64,000 bases of DNA from Eledone cirrhosa. Lineage: Eukaryota. The notes below the pieces were generated by a model. That model made no database searches. It was not told the DNA's origin and saw only the letters and a program-made list of their open reading frames with translations. Positions 25,481-38,739 of the stretch are shown here, piece after piece. Position 1 is the stretch's first letter; each line of letters opens with the position of its first letter. The stretch is taken from contig OZ024740.1 in the NCBI GenBank assembly GCA_964016885.1, positions 277,822,001 to 277,886,000 on the forward strand. The letters are read 5' to 3'. Both the position numbers and the translations under genes were made by a program.

Positions 25481-28400
25481 TTTTCCCCCATGTCAGTCTT
25501 GATCAAGCAAATATATGATCAAATCCATTCTACCCATAACTATATTTGAATGCTTTGCCACAGAAATACAATAATAAATATAGAGTAAAGTAAATGTTAA
25601 AGGGTAACTGACGCTGCACACCAGGTCCAAACACACAAGAGCTGAACTTCCTCTGTCATCACCGCCATCTCTCTCACCCTCCCCATCTCTTTGTATTATG
25701 AGCAAACGGAATTCCGTGTGCTCTCTGCCCCACCGCTCCGGCGGACAGAATGGAGAAAGGGTTTCCCCGGAGGATGGTAAGGGAGGATTGCTGGAAGAGT
25801 CATTCCATCTCGCGAGGCTCACACCTGCGGCTAGCTAGCTCAGTGCCTATGATAGTAAGTAGGGAGGTAGTCCTAGGGACAAGGACACCAGGAGTCTCCA
25901 CTGCTAGGGGCTCGACCGCAAACCTGTTGGAGAGCGACCGATATGTTTGTATATAAGAGAGTACATTGTTGAATATATCCTTCGTTTAAAGCCGTTATAT
26001 AATCTAAAGGTAGTTTGCTAATATTGTCAAGCATCTGTAGTTAGTCTTAGCTGTGACATGTTGATTTTGATCCATGCTGTTTTAGAAACCCTTTCGTGTT
26101 ATATTCATCTAGAAAAACTAAGTTATCGATTTCGATAGAACCAAGAAGATTGTTTCTAAATAAATCATACCACGAGTTTATATTGTTGTTAACCATTATT
26201 GGATACAAACAAACAGAATCTGATCAAATTATTCCATCTAAGTTCACCCAGTTCTCTTTTATATCTAAAGCTACAGTGTCCAATATTTCGTTTGAAGTCG
26301 GTATGTTATTTCTAGCTTGTCGATAGACAGCTCGAACGTATCGTATTCCATTGAAGGTATATATGAAAACATTTCTATGGAAAAGATATATGCCATTCAA
26401 CCATTGCTGATATTTTGTTTGTGTTTATTATATTGACTCAAAAGTTATACGATTCCCGCTTGAATTGAACGTAGAGACGAAACTCTTACTACAAAACAAT
26501 TAATCCTGCATTCATTTTATAAGGATTACGACTCTTTATCTGAATTTTCAGGGTATATTTGTGTGTGTATAATGTAAATGTGCATATATTTCTAAATAAA
26601 TATATCCAGTGATGATATATAAACATTGACTTTAAAGCAAAAACATGTAGACATCGGATAGATCAGTTTAACGATGTTCGTCCTTATTCAAGTCATATCT
26701 GAGCCATGTTTTATATCTTTATTATTAAAGAGAATCGTTCATTATTTCTACATGTTTATTTCTGTTCTGTATAATTACACTGCAATATTTTGTTAGTGTT
26801 GGCTAGAGTGTCAGTTGAGAGTTAAATGTCGTGGTCATTATCCGTTAGTTTGTAAATTGGCTTTTTTTGTGTGCCTTATTGAGACGTCCAAATGGACATG
26901 TACACGCATGAAAAGGAAATCCACCATAAATTATGATGTGCTGTCTGAACAGTACCAAATGTTTCGCTATCAAGGTTTTTGTGGAGAGCAGATCACAAAA
27001 TTCAGAGAAACTGCTATATTTTTACCGGAAATAGCAATTACAAAATATAACAAAAGAATAATGAGTTATAAGGAATTGAAACCGTGGTGTTTGAATATGC
27101 CTATGAAATATGTATCACAGGGATCATTAAATGTCTTTAATCACTAGATTTCAGTGGATGGGAGTCAAATCATACCTGGCTAGAGCGATGTTCCTCTGCA
27201 GTCAGTTTTCTTTGCAGAGGAAATTCAACTTGCTTCGGTTACCCAGTGAAATTCCCATCAACTTTACAATGCCATTCCCTCTGTTTACAACATATCACTG
27301 TTTCAAAGGTACCACATATGTGTTTCGAAATATTAATCTATAACTAGGGTAAAATAAGGTCTGCATGTAGCTTGTACTTTGTAATGAAAAGTAAATATTT
27401 CTTTAAGTCATTTAACCAAGTAAATAATATATTTTAGACATGAGTTCTCTCCAATGTTTTCATTTTATTCCTGCAATGAGTTCTAAAGACATCAAACGCA
27501 ATATTATCCTTAGATTTTTTATTTCACTACAACTCTCAATATATCAAAGCTAAGGCACATTTAGCTTTTTCTTATGAAAGGTATATAATTGATATGTTAT
27601 AGTATACGATAGTTACTTATTCTATAAAGCCCAGAGGAAAGAACAGAAAAATCGCTGGTTGTTATGAACATGCTATGTGGTATTCATAGCAACAAACGAC
27701 CTTTTATGGAGAAATGATTTCAGATCTATCATTTTGGATTTCCTGGTATAGAACTCGTAAAATCCATAATGTTAAACATGGAATGGTTTAATAATAACAG
27801 ATTCTCATTAAAAGAAATATGATTTATATATAGTATCGTAAGCAATCATAAATTCTCATTAAAAGGAATAAAATTGATATATAGTATCGTAAGCAACAAG
27901 GTTTAAAATCTTACTGTTTTATTCATTAACTGTAGAATCTGTATATATCTCATTGGGATACGATTGCCATCGCTTTTATTATGATTAAATTGAATGAACG
28001 TTAATATCCTGTAGATATAATTATATCCTTAAGAGAAGAGCTGTATATTTTGCAAGCAGAAGAGCTCAATAATTATTGAGCTCTTAAAGCAATGCATATA
28101 TTATAATATATGCATTGCTTTTGAGACATAGAGCCAGTATTTATATCTAAGTATCGCTACGTTTTAACCACTTTATATTTCAATATAAAATGGGTCTAAC
28201 CATAAAGTTTCATATAATAGTATATTCGTTTCTTTTTATTCCTTTCAATTTGAAATAACCTGTCTTAGAACTGCGGCATATATGAAAGTAGTATCAGTGC
28301 TAAATATAGATATTCTTCGATAATTGAAAACTATAAACTTAAACTTAAGACTGGCTATTAACTATGTGTTAATTTTTATATGAATTTCCTTTGTATTTCT

Positions 28401-29335
28401 GTATTATATAATGTACAATTTGTTTGTATCTCTCTTTTATTCTGTCCTACACCATATTGTATGTGTGCATGTTATCCACTTTGTCGATTATCTCTCTGCT
28501 GACAACTGGTCACTGGTCACTGGTCAATGTCCTCTGAGGCATTTTTCTGCATCACCGTCTTTGACACTAAAGCAACATAGTGTAGGACCGAAGAAAGGAG
28601 AAACGCAAAACAACAAATCAGTCACTGCGGAGGTCACAGAATCTGTGACGAAAGAGCTTTGACAAAAAATATATTAACAACCATTCGGTTATTAAACCAA
28701 CCAACGGGAAATTTATAATAAATTGAAGTGAAAATCAAAACCAGCGAGTGGGTTTCTTTTCTATTGGCAGCATGACCCTCCCAAAGTATAACTTTATCTG
28801 TTTCATCACACATTTTTAGATAAGTAATCTTGCAAAATAAAAAAAAAAGATACAGCAGACAACTGGTGAAGAAAACTTCTCCCATCCATGCTTTCTTCTT
28901 ATTTTTAAGTATACCTTATCTAGCAACTACGCAGTCACTTCTCTTCTTCATATATATATATATATATATACAAGTTAATATATATTAATATATGATAAAC
29001 ACATACGTGTTTGTATTGCAAAAGACGAAGTTAGCTAGAATGAAATAAACTAATTAAAATGAATATATTTTGTCTGTCTCGATATAAGTCAATAAAGACA
29101 AGCTTATATTGGCAAAAGCCGTGATTCCTGGACAAATTTAAATTTCAAAAACTCTAAATATAATATAATATTCAGGCTCCTTAATTGTAGAGCTAATTTT
29201 TAATCCCATATAAACGGCTGTTATTTCTAGCACTGTGAGTATGGGATGGCTAGTATAGCTGATTGTACTTCGTGCGTTTGTACTTGTGAATCAGTCCTAC
29301 AAAATTTTTGGAGGTGAAATGTACTAATTTTACTG

Positions 29336-29485
29336 GATTCCTGTTGATAAGCACAGAAAATTTGAATATTTCACTTTTTATATTTCACTTTTTATATCAT
29401 CGTTGCGAAACATATTTGGGTTTCGAAGTTCAAATTCATCTACGGAGCAGGTTTGGATTTTGAAATTTAAATTTGTCCAGGAATC
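29336..29485 (+). ncRNA. Type I hammerhead, U3-A8 core, 27-bp stem III
   Basis: GATTCCTG-TTGATAA-GCA...TGC-GAA-ACA...TGT-C-CAGGAATC. Perfect 8-bp stem I; stem III 29410-29436 pairs with 29450-29476. Confidence 0.8.
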
Positions 29486-29619
29486 ACGGCTTTTGCCAAT
29501 GTAAGCTTGTCTTTATTGACTTATATCGAGACAGACAAAATATATTCATTTTAATTAGTTTATTTCATTCTAGCTAACTTCGTCTTTTGCAATACAAACA
29601 CGTATGTGTTTATCATATA

Positions 29620-30570
29620 CTAGCAGTAAAGCCCGGCGTTGCTCGGGGTCGCTCAGTAGCTGTGTTAAAGTTACAATGTTAAGTTTCTTTCTTGGCTTAA
29701 AAACTGTAGTGTCTACTGTGCAGACTTGCATGTGGTGTTTTTGATTAATATTCCCTCAACCAACAATATGCCTTATGAAGTTAAGAAAACATAACGATAA
29801 CCCGAATGTTATAACAAAAGAGGATGCTGGGGATAGAAACTGCACTGGTTATTTATTAACAAAGATCGAAAATGTAAACACTGCAACGCAGAGAAAAACA
29901 TTAGCGTAACCAAATTATCAGTTATGTCTGTCTGCACGCCTATATCACCTCTCTGCACGACTGTCTGTCTGCACGCCTATATCACCTCTCTGCACGACTG
30001 TCTGTCTGCACGCCTATATCACCTCTCTGCACGACTGTCTGTCTGCACGCCTATATCACCTCTCTGCACGACTATCTGTCTGCACGCGTATATCACCTCT
30101 CTGCACGACTGTCTGTCTGCACGACTGTCTGTCTGCACGCCTAACGACGAAATATTTGCTTGTTTTACGTAGTCTTTAAATAGACTTGTTTTCAAGTAAA
30201 AATATTGTTTTAAAATGCTTTTAAATGGAAATGAAGCAAAACGGAAGCTTAGTGTTCGAACTGATGAATTTTGCAGGTCAATATTTTGCTGGCTCGACAA
30301 CTGTTAAAGCCAGCGTAATTTTTTACGTAAGACGCTCAATGTAAACAGAACAAAGGGAAATAACTGATAACTTACGCTCAAAAATCGATACATTATATTC
30401 GATTTCGTCACATAGGGTGGGTCAATTTGAAATTTTTTTTTTCCGATGTCTTCGCTAGGGCTCAATGTACAAGTATAGCAATTTCGGTGCAATTCCGTGA
30501 GAGATTCTAAGAGGAGATGTGTGCCAAAAATCGATAGACAGACAGACAACCACAGTTTTATATATATAGA
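29620..30570 (-). mobile_element. Non-autonomous Helitron
   Basis: Minus strand starts TC(TATATA) and ends with hairpin CCCGAGCAACGCCGGG then CTAG; inserted between A and T with no TSD. Confidence 0.9.
29925..30142 (+). repeat. 37-bp minisatellite (about 5.5 units) inside the Helitron
   Basis: Unit GTCTGTCTGCACGCCTATATCACCTCTCTGCACGACT. Confidence 0.95.
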
Positions 30571-30664
30571 TTAATATATATTAACTTGTATTTCACGGCT
30601 CAGAAATGCTTCTTTCTTTGAGCTAATTAATTGTAAATGACTTTGAGTTTAAACTCTAAATATA

Positions 30665-30789
<125 letters not shown>

Positions 30790-31152
30790 ATAATAATAAA
30801 TTTGAAGACTAAAATCCAAAGAGGGCTCGATAAGCATAAATATATATCAAATATATAAGAACCGTAGAGCAAATATTTATTAATAAATATATATATATAT
30901 ATATATGTATGTATGATTATGTATAAGCAAGAGGTATAAGTCAACATTTCATAATTTACTTCTTTTATTATCGTTATACATATTTCGGTGATAGCCACAA
31001 TTCAAAACCTATGACCTCTTCAGACAGTTTGAAGCAACAATTAGAAAACATAAAAAATATAAAGCTTTTCTTGGAGAAAAGATAATATCAGAGAAAACTA
31101 AAGTTTTAACTGAAATGTTGCTGTTAAACGAACGCGTAGTCTGATTAATTAT

Positions 31153-31225
<73 letters not shown>

Positions 31226-31271
31226 GCAAGTAAGTATGTTTTGAAACAGTGAGCGAGTTTGAAATTAGAAA

Positions 31272-31469
31272 ATATATAGCTTTCACCGTATTTTTGACTA
31301 AAGGAATTTTAGCTTGATAACGGGGTTTAGAACCCTCAGATAAATGGAAAAAGATGATTATTGACGTACATGTACGTCAATACTCATCTTTTTCCATTTA
31401 TCTGAGGGTTCTAAACCCCGTTATCCAGCTAAAATTCCTTTAGTCAAAAATACGGTGAAAGCTATATAT
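31272..31469. repeat. Spacerless near-perfect palindrome, about 97-bp arms
   Basis: Centre TTGACGTACA|TGTACGTCAA at 31370/31371; arms differ at only a few positions. Confidence 0.9.
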
Positions 31470-31489
31470 ATATATATATATATACCTTT

Positions 31490-31550
<61 letters not shown>

Positions 31551-31892
31551 CTGACATACATTTATATATATATATATCAACAAACATCATGTATACATAA
31601 CTGATCTCAGAACCATTTTGCTGGTTTGAGAACTATTGAGGGTGAAGATGTGCATGTGTAAACTTGTCTGCATGTATAAAAATCGCCTTTCTTTATATCC
31701 TTTTCCCAGGCCCTTCTATACACCACCACCCATCTTGTCTTCCTCTTTCAATCTTTTCTATATTTCATCTGCCCGTCATCCACCTTGTGGATTGTTTCTC
31801 TGTTGACCGCTGGTCTCTGCACACTGAGGCACTCTTGCACATCGTTGACTTTAACAGTATTTAGCTGTTTTAACGGCTGTTCTAATGATGAA

Positions 31893-32741
<849 letters not shown>

Positions 32742-33127
32742 ATAATTGGGGAAATATATTATTCAACTTTATTTATATATCTGTTGCTATATTCATACAT
32801 TCAGTTTACAGGGTGCAGGCAGATTTTGGCATGAAATTTAGAGGTACTTACAGCATTTATCAAAGTTAAGTGGTCAAAAATTTTGATCGATATATTTTGA
32901 ACGACGCATTAAAGCTGTCACATGATAACCGAAATAAGTGTTTTAAGCTTGACAAATAAATGCATATACAAATGTATAATGTGTCAAATTCACTGAACCA
33001 TAACTAATCCTAACAACAAAATAAATAACCATTCAGAAAAACAAGACAGATGTGGTCAACATGCGCACACATACACACACATATAAACATATATATACAG
33101 ATATACAATTCATTAATACAATCACTT

Positions 33128-33520
33128 GGATTGGCAGTATCGGTAGAGGGTCTGATGCCATGCTTTGCAACGAAGAGTTACGGCCCTTTATGGTCTGAGT
33201 TCAAATCCCGCCGAGGTTAACTTTGGAGGTTAACTTTGCCTTTCATCCTTACGGGGTCGATAAAATAAAGTACCAGTAATACACTGGGATAATTGCTGGC
33301 CTTGTGCCAAAAGTAGAAACAATTATTAATAATTGTTTCTACTTTTGGGACAAGGCCAGCAAATTACTCAGTGTATTACTGGTACTTTATTTTATCGACC
33401 CCGTAAGGATGAAAGGCAAAGTTAACCTCGGCGGGATTTGAACTCAAATCATACAGGGAGGTAACTCTATGCTTCAAAGCATGGCGTCCGACCCTCTACC
33501 TATACTGCTAATAATACCCA
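33128..33520. mobile_element. Tail-to-tail pair of young SINEs forming a hairpin
   Basis: Plus copy ends AGTAGAAACAATTATT directly against the minus copy AATAATTGTTTCTACT. Confidence 0.85.
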
Positions 33521-33747
33521 CTCAATCCGTCTCTCTTGTCAAATATCTACTAATTTATGACATTCAAATTTTCTATAAACGTGACAGTAAGCTATTTGTA
33601 AACACTAATGGTCTCCTAATCTCTCAGGTGTGGACAGAGAGATACTTCACTTGCTCTAACCAGTGGGTAAAGGGTGATGCAATTTCTCTCTCTATCTATC
33701 TATCTATCTATCTATCTCTCGCTCGCTCGCTTTCTCTCTCTCTATCA

Positions 33748-33778
<31 letters not shown>

Positions 33779-34061
33779 CACAGTTCAAGAGTAACCAAAC
33801 TTAAAGAGAGAGATAGAGATAGTAGAGGAGATATGAGAGGAGAGATTAGTGAGTTAGTTAGAAGCCAAAGCGTAAAGGCATGTGCTCAATGTGCAATATG
33901 CAGTAGAAAGCAACTAGGTGGCTGGGTTCATGCAAAAGTTAGGTGCGCAGAGCTGGAAATATTAATCAGTTAAGCAAAACAAGGCCACAAACACATTATT
34001 AAAAGATTGTCAACATATTTTAGTTTGATGTAAGGAATGTAGAGAATAATAATAATAATAT

Positions 34062-34460
34062 TAATTGTTTCTACTTTTGGCACCAGGCCAGCAATCACTC
34101 CAGTTCATTACTGGTACTTTATTTTATCGAGCCAGTAAGGATGAAAGGCAAAGTTAACCTCGGCGGGATTTGAACTCAGATCATAAAGGGAGGTACCTCT
34201 ATGCTTCAAAGCATGGCGCCCGACCTTCTACCAATACTGCCAATCCACCGCCCTCATAATAATATTAATAATAATAATTGTTTCTACGTTTGGCACAAGG
34301 CCAGCAATTACCCAGTGCATTACTGGTACTTTATTTTATCGACCCCGTAAGGATGAAAGGCAAAGTTAACCTCGACAGGATTTGAACTCAGATCGTAAAG
34401 GGACGTAACTATGCTGGAAAGCATGGCGTCCGACCCTCTACTGATACTGCCAAATCACCG
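34062..34460 (-). mobile_element. Two tandem SINE copies in an (AAT)n tract
   Basis: Full reverse-complement consensus twice, flanked by ATAATAAT. Confidence 0.85.
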
Positions 34461-34571
34461 ATAATAATGTCCGTTTACAATTGTTTCGCTACTCCATATA
34501 ATATTTCTGGATCAGATGATTATATATCATAATTGATCTGGTTCAGTTGAAAATAAGTTTTGCTTAACTAA

Positions 34572-34649
<78 letters not shown>

Positions 34650-34650
<1 letters not shown>

Positions 34651-35030
34651 AGATCCCGGGTTAAATCGGGGATAACCACAGTAAGTGAGGTACTCAATAC
34701 ATAGCAGAGTAAAAGTAATTTAATATAGAAATGGCTTCTACAGGACTAGACATGTTTCATTCAGAGAAAATCATCTCAAAGCCGATTGTCAATGTAAATT
34801 TCTGGTATTTATACATTGTGTACGGTAAGGGGAGGGTATCGGTAGGGGGGGGGGTAGAGGTCAGGATGGGGATTCTTAGAAAAAACAAAATTTATTTACA
34901 GAAAGATTTACAGCAAGTTGCAATTGAAATAAACATTTCCTTATTCTATAGTACAATTTTGAATAAAAAGTATATCAAGTAGTTGATCGAACATCTGTGG
35001 AAATGGTAGGTTAGTACAAGGTGACAAGCA
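34650..35030 (-). mobile_element. pLTR family A copy (hammerhead core damaged)
   Basis: AGATCCCGGGTTAAATCGGGGATAACCACAGTAAGT shared with 48904 and similar to 22527; homologous to 55690-56000 (+). Confidence 0.75.
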
Positions 35031-35154
35031 GACACACAAAGGCACACGCGCCCACGCGCGCGCTCACACACACACGCACACACATACACACATATATATA
35101 AATACATATATACACATACATATACATATATATATATACACATACACATACATA

Positions 35155-35710
35155 AATTTAGCGAGAATCGTATTTCGGCGGGTAGAAATTAGCGAAACGC
35201 AACTTCCATATTGTGCAGACAAGCGCTCCATGGATATGAAGATACCAGAGCTATAAAGATAAGTAAAAAAGGTCATACAAACTGACACGATGGTTAAGAA
35301 GCCATTAACCACCTAAGCCAAAAAAGCGAACAAGCTAAACGGGTCAAACAAAATAAGATATGATTGAAATAGTTACCCGGACCCTCGGGGAAGATGGAAT
35401 ACTCCGAATTTGGGTTTCTTCAACACTTAAATCAATAATTGTTTCTACTATTGGCATAAGGCCAGCAATTACCAGTACATTACTGGTACTTTATGTTATC
35501 GATCCCGTAAGGATGAAAGGCAAAGTTAATCTCGGCGGGATTTGAACTCAGAATGGCAAGGGCCGTAAGTCTATGCGTGACAGCATGGTGTCCGACCCTA
35601 TACCGATACTGCCAATTCACCGCCCTTCAATAATACTGTGTGCTTATAAAAATTAAGCTTTTGGTATAATGATCGAACAAGGCATCACTTTCTCAAAAGG
35701 CATTTTGTTC
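35155..35710 (-). mobile_element. Family B copy (HHR-X) with a SINE (about 35440-35626) inserted in the hammerhead stem II loop
   Basis: Minus strand TTGAGAA-aGTGATG...[SINE, TSD TCAATAAT 35432-35439 / 35627-35634]...GAAACCC...GGGTC-CGGG. Confidence 0.75.
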
Positions 35711-35750
35711 TTCTACGTGGGCCAGAATCTCACAGGTTATATATAGATGA

Positions 35751-35799
35751 GATTCTACATAACTAAAACTGTTTCATTCTTTAGAAATCATCAGGAATC
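35751..35799 (-). ncRNA. Type I hammerhead (diverged family A)
   Basis: GATTC-CTGATGA-tTTCtaaaGAAt-GAA-ACA-gttttagtta-TGT-A-GAATC; perfect 5-bp stem I. Confidence 0.7.
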
Positions 35800-36087
35800 G
35801 GGGTATCAAAAAATAAATATGGTATTTATAGGCCTCTTCAGGTGCTAGAAGAGGGTGAGGAGTGGGATGGGTAGAGGTCATTGCTTGATAGAAAAGGAAA
35901 TTCATTAAAAGCTAATTCCTTAAGGTTCTACTTAGAGTGACAAAGGCCAAGAGAATTCTATAGACCAGTTCAAAATATTGAAGGCCTATCCTACCATTAT
36001 CTTCAAGTTTCTCTTAAGCTATATTCCAGGTGTTAACAGATACATTCACAAACACACACGCGCGCGCGCGCGCCCACCCGCACACAG

Positions 36088-36120
<33 letters not shown>

Positions 36121-36166
36121 CACACATACACACATATATATATATATATATATACATATACATATG

Positions 36167-36212
<46 letters not shown>

Positions 36213-36401
36213 CTTACACACACACACATACACACATATATATATATACACATACACATACATACATATATATATATATATACATACATACACACACATA
36301 TACACACATATACATATATATATATACACACACACACATATATACACATACATACACACATATATATACACTTACATATACATATATACATATATATATA
36401 A

Positions 36402-36458
<57 letters not shown>

Positions 36459-36526
36459 CATACACGCATACATATACATACATATACACACACATATAAA
36501 TACACGCACATATATATATACATATT

Positions 36527-36560
<34 letters not shown>

Positions 36561-36595
36561 CACATACATATACACATATACACACATATACATAT

Positions 36596-36694
<99 letters not shown>

Positions 36695-36832
36695 CATACA
36701 CACACATATATATATATACATACACATACACACACACATACACACATACACACATACATATATATACATACATATACACACATACACACACACATACATA
36801 TATATATATACATATATATATTTATATATATA

Positions 36833-38475
36833 AAATATGTAGTTTAGAAAGCCACAACAATGCAGATGGGAAATTTCGAGGTAGGAAGTGAATGAGAAAT
36901 AGGAGAAAAGTGAAAATTGAGAGAAACGAAAAAACGAAAACAAAACAAAGGTAGAAGGGTGACCGTAGTGGAGATTTAATCCCAATATTTCGGGTTCACG
37001 CCCATCAACGGGGGGAAATTTCCAAAAGGGGGGGAACGGGCTAAGCCGGAGAAAGAGGGAGACATAAACACCACCTTCTACCGCAAGGCAGCGTGCAAGG
37101 ACTTATTTGTGCATTACAACTCAGCCCTCCCCAACAACGCTAAGAGAGGCTATGTCCTAAATGAACTTACACGGATCACTAATAGATGCAGCGACCCGAT
37201 GGGTGGTCTCACCCATACCACGCAATTCCGTAATCTACTCAAGTCTAATGGATATCCCAAGCGACTGATTAACGGAATTAGAGACCCCAGACCCAATAGA
37301 CAGCCACCCACTAGTAACTTAGATTAATACAAGTGCTTCTTTAAAATCCCTCACCTGAGTGAATATACCACGAACGCCATCCGCAGGGCCATACGGAGGG
37401 AGGGACTTGACATACATTTGGCCCACACAGGACCTTCGCTCCGAAGATGCATCTCCACCAAACCCGACGAGTCAGATGGGACGTGTTCCCTCAGCAACTG
37501 CCCGATACGGGGGGCAGATTGCCTACGCACCTATGTCGTATATAAGATTCAATGCGATAAATGTAACAAGTTTTACATAGGTAGCACCATCCGACCCCTA
37601 CATGTTCGTATCAAGGAACATGTCAACACCAACGCATCTTCCTTCCGTAAACACATCCTTAAATGCGGAAACCCACAGGGCAGACCCTTGGTCACAGTCC
37701 TAGCGACTGAACGTAGCATCGGACCCTTAAGGATAAAGGAAGCACTTGTTATTAAGAACCTCAGACCCCCACTTAACAACCGGGCTGAGAGAAATGAGCT
37801 GACATGGCTAATCTAACCATAGTGACCAGTAACAGCCCCTACGGCCTACTATCTTTCACACACACGCACTTATATGTATACCCATACACATACACACACA
37901 CACACATCTATATTTATACACGCACACATGTTTATACAACCTACCACCTTTCACACCCTTTGAATTCCAGCTTCTACGGCCCACTATCTTTCACACACAC
38001 ACACTCACATACATACACACATACACATATACACACACAGTTACACACACATATATGTTTACACACACATATTTTACGGCTTTCACACGCTAGCGCACCC
38101 TATTGATTTAACCCAATTGGTCAGTAGCTTTTGCCACAGCCTATCACGCGCACGCGCATTCTCTCCCTCGTTTGAATTTTTCCCCATAACGGCATTCCTA
38201 TGTTTTAACGACAATACAACTTTCTCCGGCTTAACCCGTTCCCCCCCTTTTGGAACTTTCCCCCCGTTGATGGGCGTGATCCTGAAATATTGGGATTAAA
38301 TCTCCACTACGGTAACCCTTCTACCTTTGTTTTGTTTTCGTTTTTTCGTTTCTCTCAATTTTCACTTTTCTCCTATTTCTCATTCACTTCCTACCTCGAG
38401 ATTTCCCATCTGCATTGTTGTGGCTTTCTAAACAACATATTTTACATATTTTACAATGCTTCAAGCAAACTTGAA
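36833..38475 (+). mobile_element. 5'-truncated PLE (RT thumb plus GIY-YIG) with inverted pLTR (36833-37054 / 38221-38446), in (TA)/(CA) repeats
   Basis: FYRK..HYNSALP..NGYP..IPHLS..CSLSNCP..VVYKIQCDKCNKFYIGSTIRPLHVRIKEH..EALVIKNLRPPLN; one internal stop near 37325. Confidence 0.9.
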
Positions 38476-38477
38476 CA

Positions 38478-38514
<37 letters not shown>

Positions 38515-38739
38515 CACACACATATATATATATATAAATAAATATATACACATATATATATACATACATACACATACACACACATACATACACATACATA
38601 TATATATATATACACATATACACACATATACATACATATACATGTATATATATATATAGACCCACCCACACACATACACACACACACATATATATATATA
38701 CATACACATACACATATATACATATATATATACAAATAA

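Larger units (their letters stand above)
28970..30590. repeat. Inverted-repeat element (about 180-bp arms 28970-29150 / 29458-29619 plus 30571-30590) enclosing a hammerhead; right arm interrupted by a Helitron
   Basis: Arms are near-identical reverse complements; removing 29620-30570 restores the right arm exactly at the junction. Confidence 0.85.

Noticed and set aside
25600-25960. GC-richer island resembling a retroelement 5' UTR or LTR
   Set aside because: No second copy, terminal motif or convincing ORF in the window.
29925-30142. CRISPR-like 37-bp repeat array
   Set aside because: Units are contiguous with no unique spacers; it is a minisatellite in a Helitron in eukaryotic DNA.
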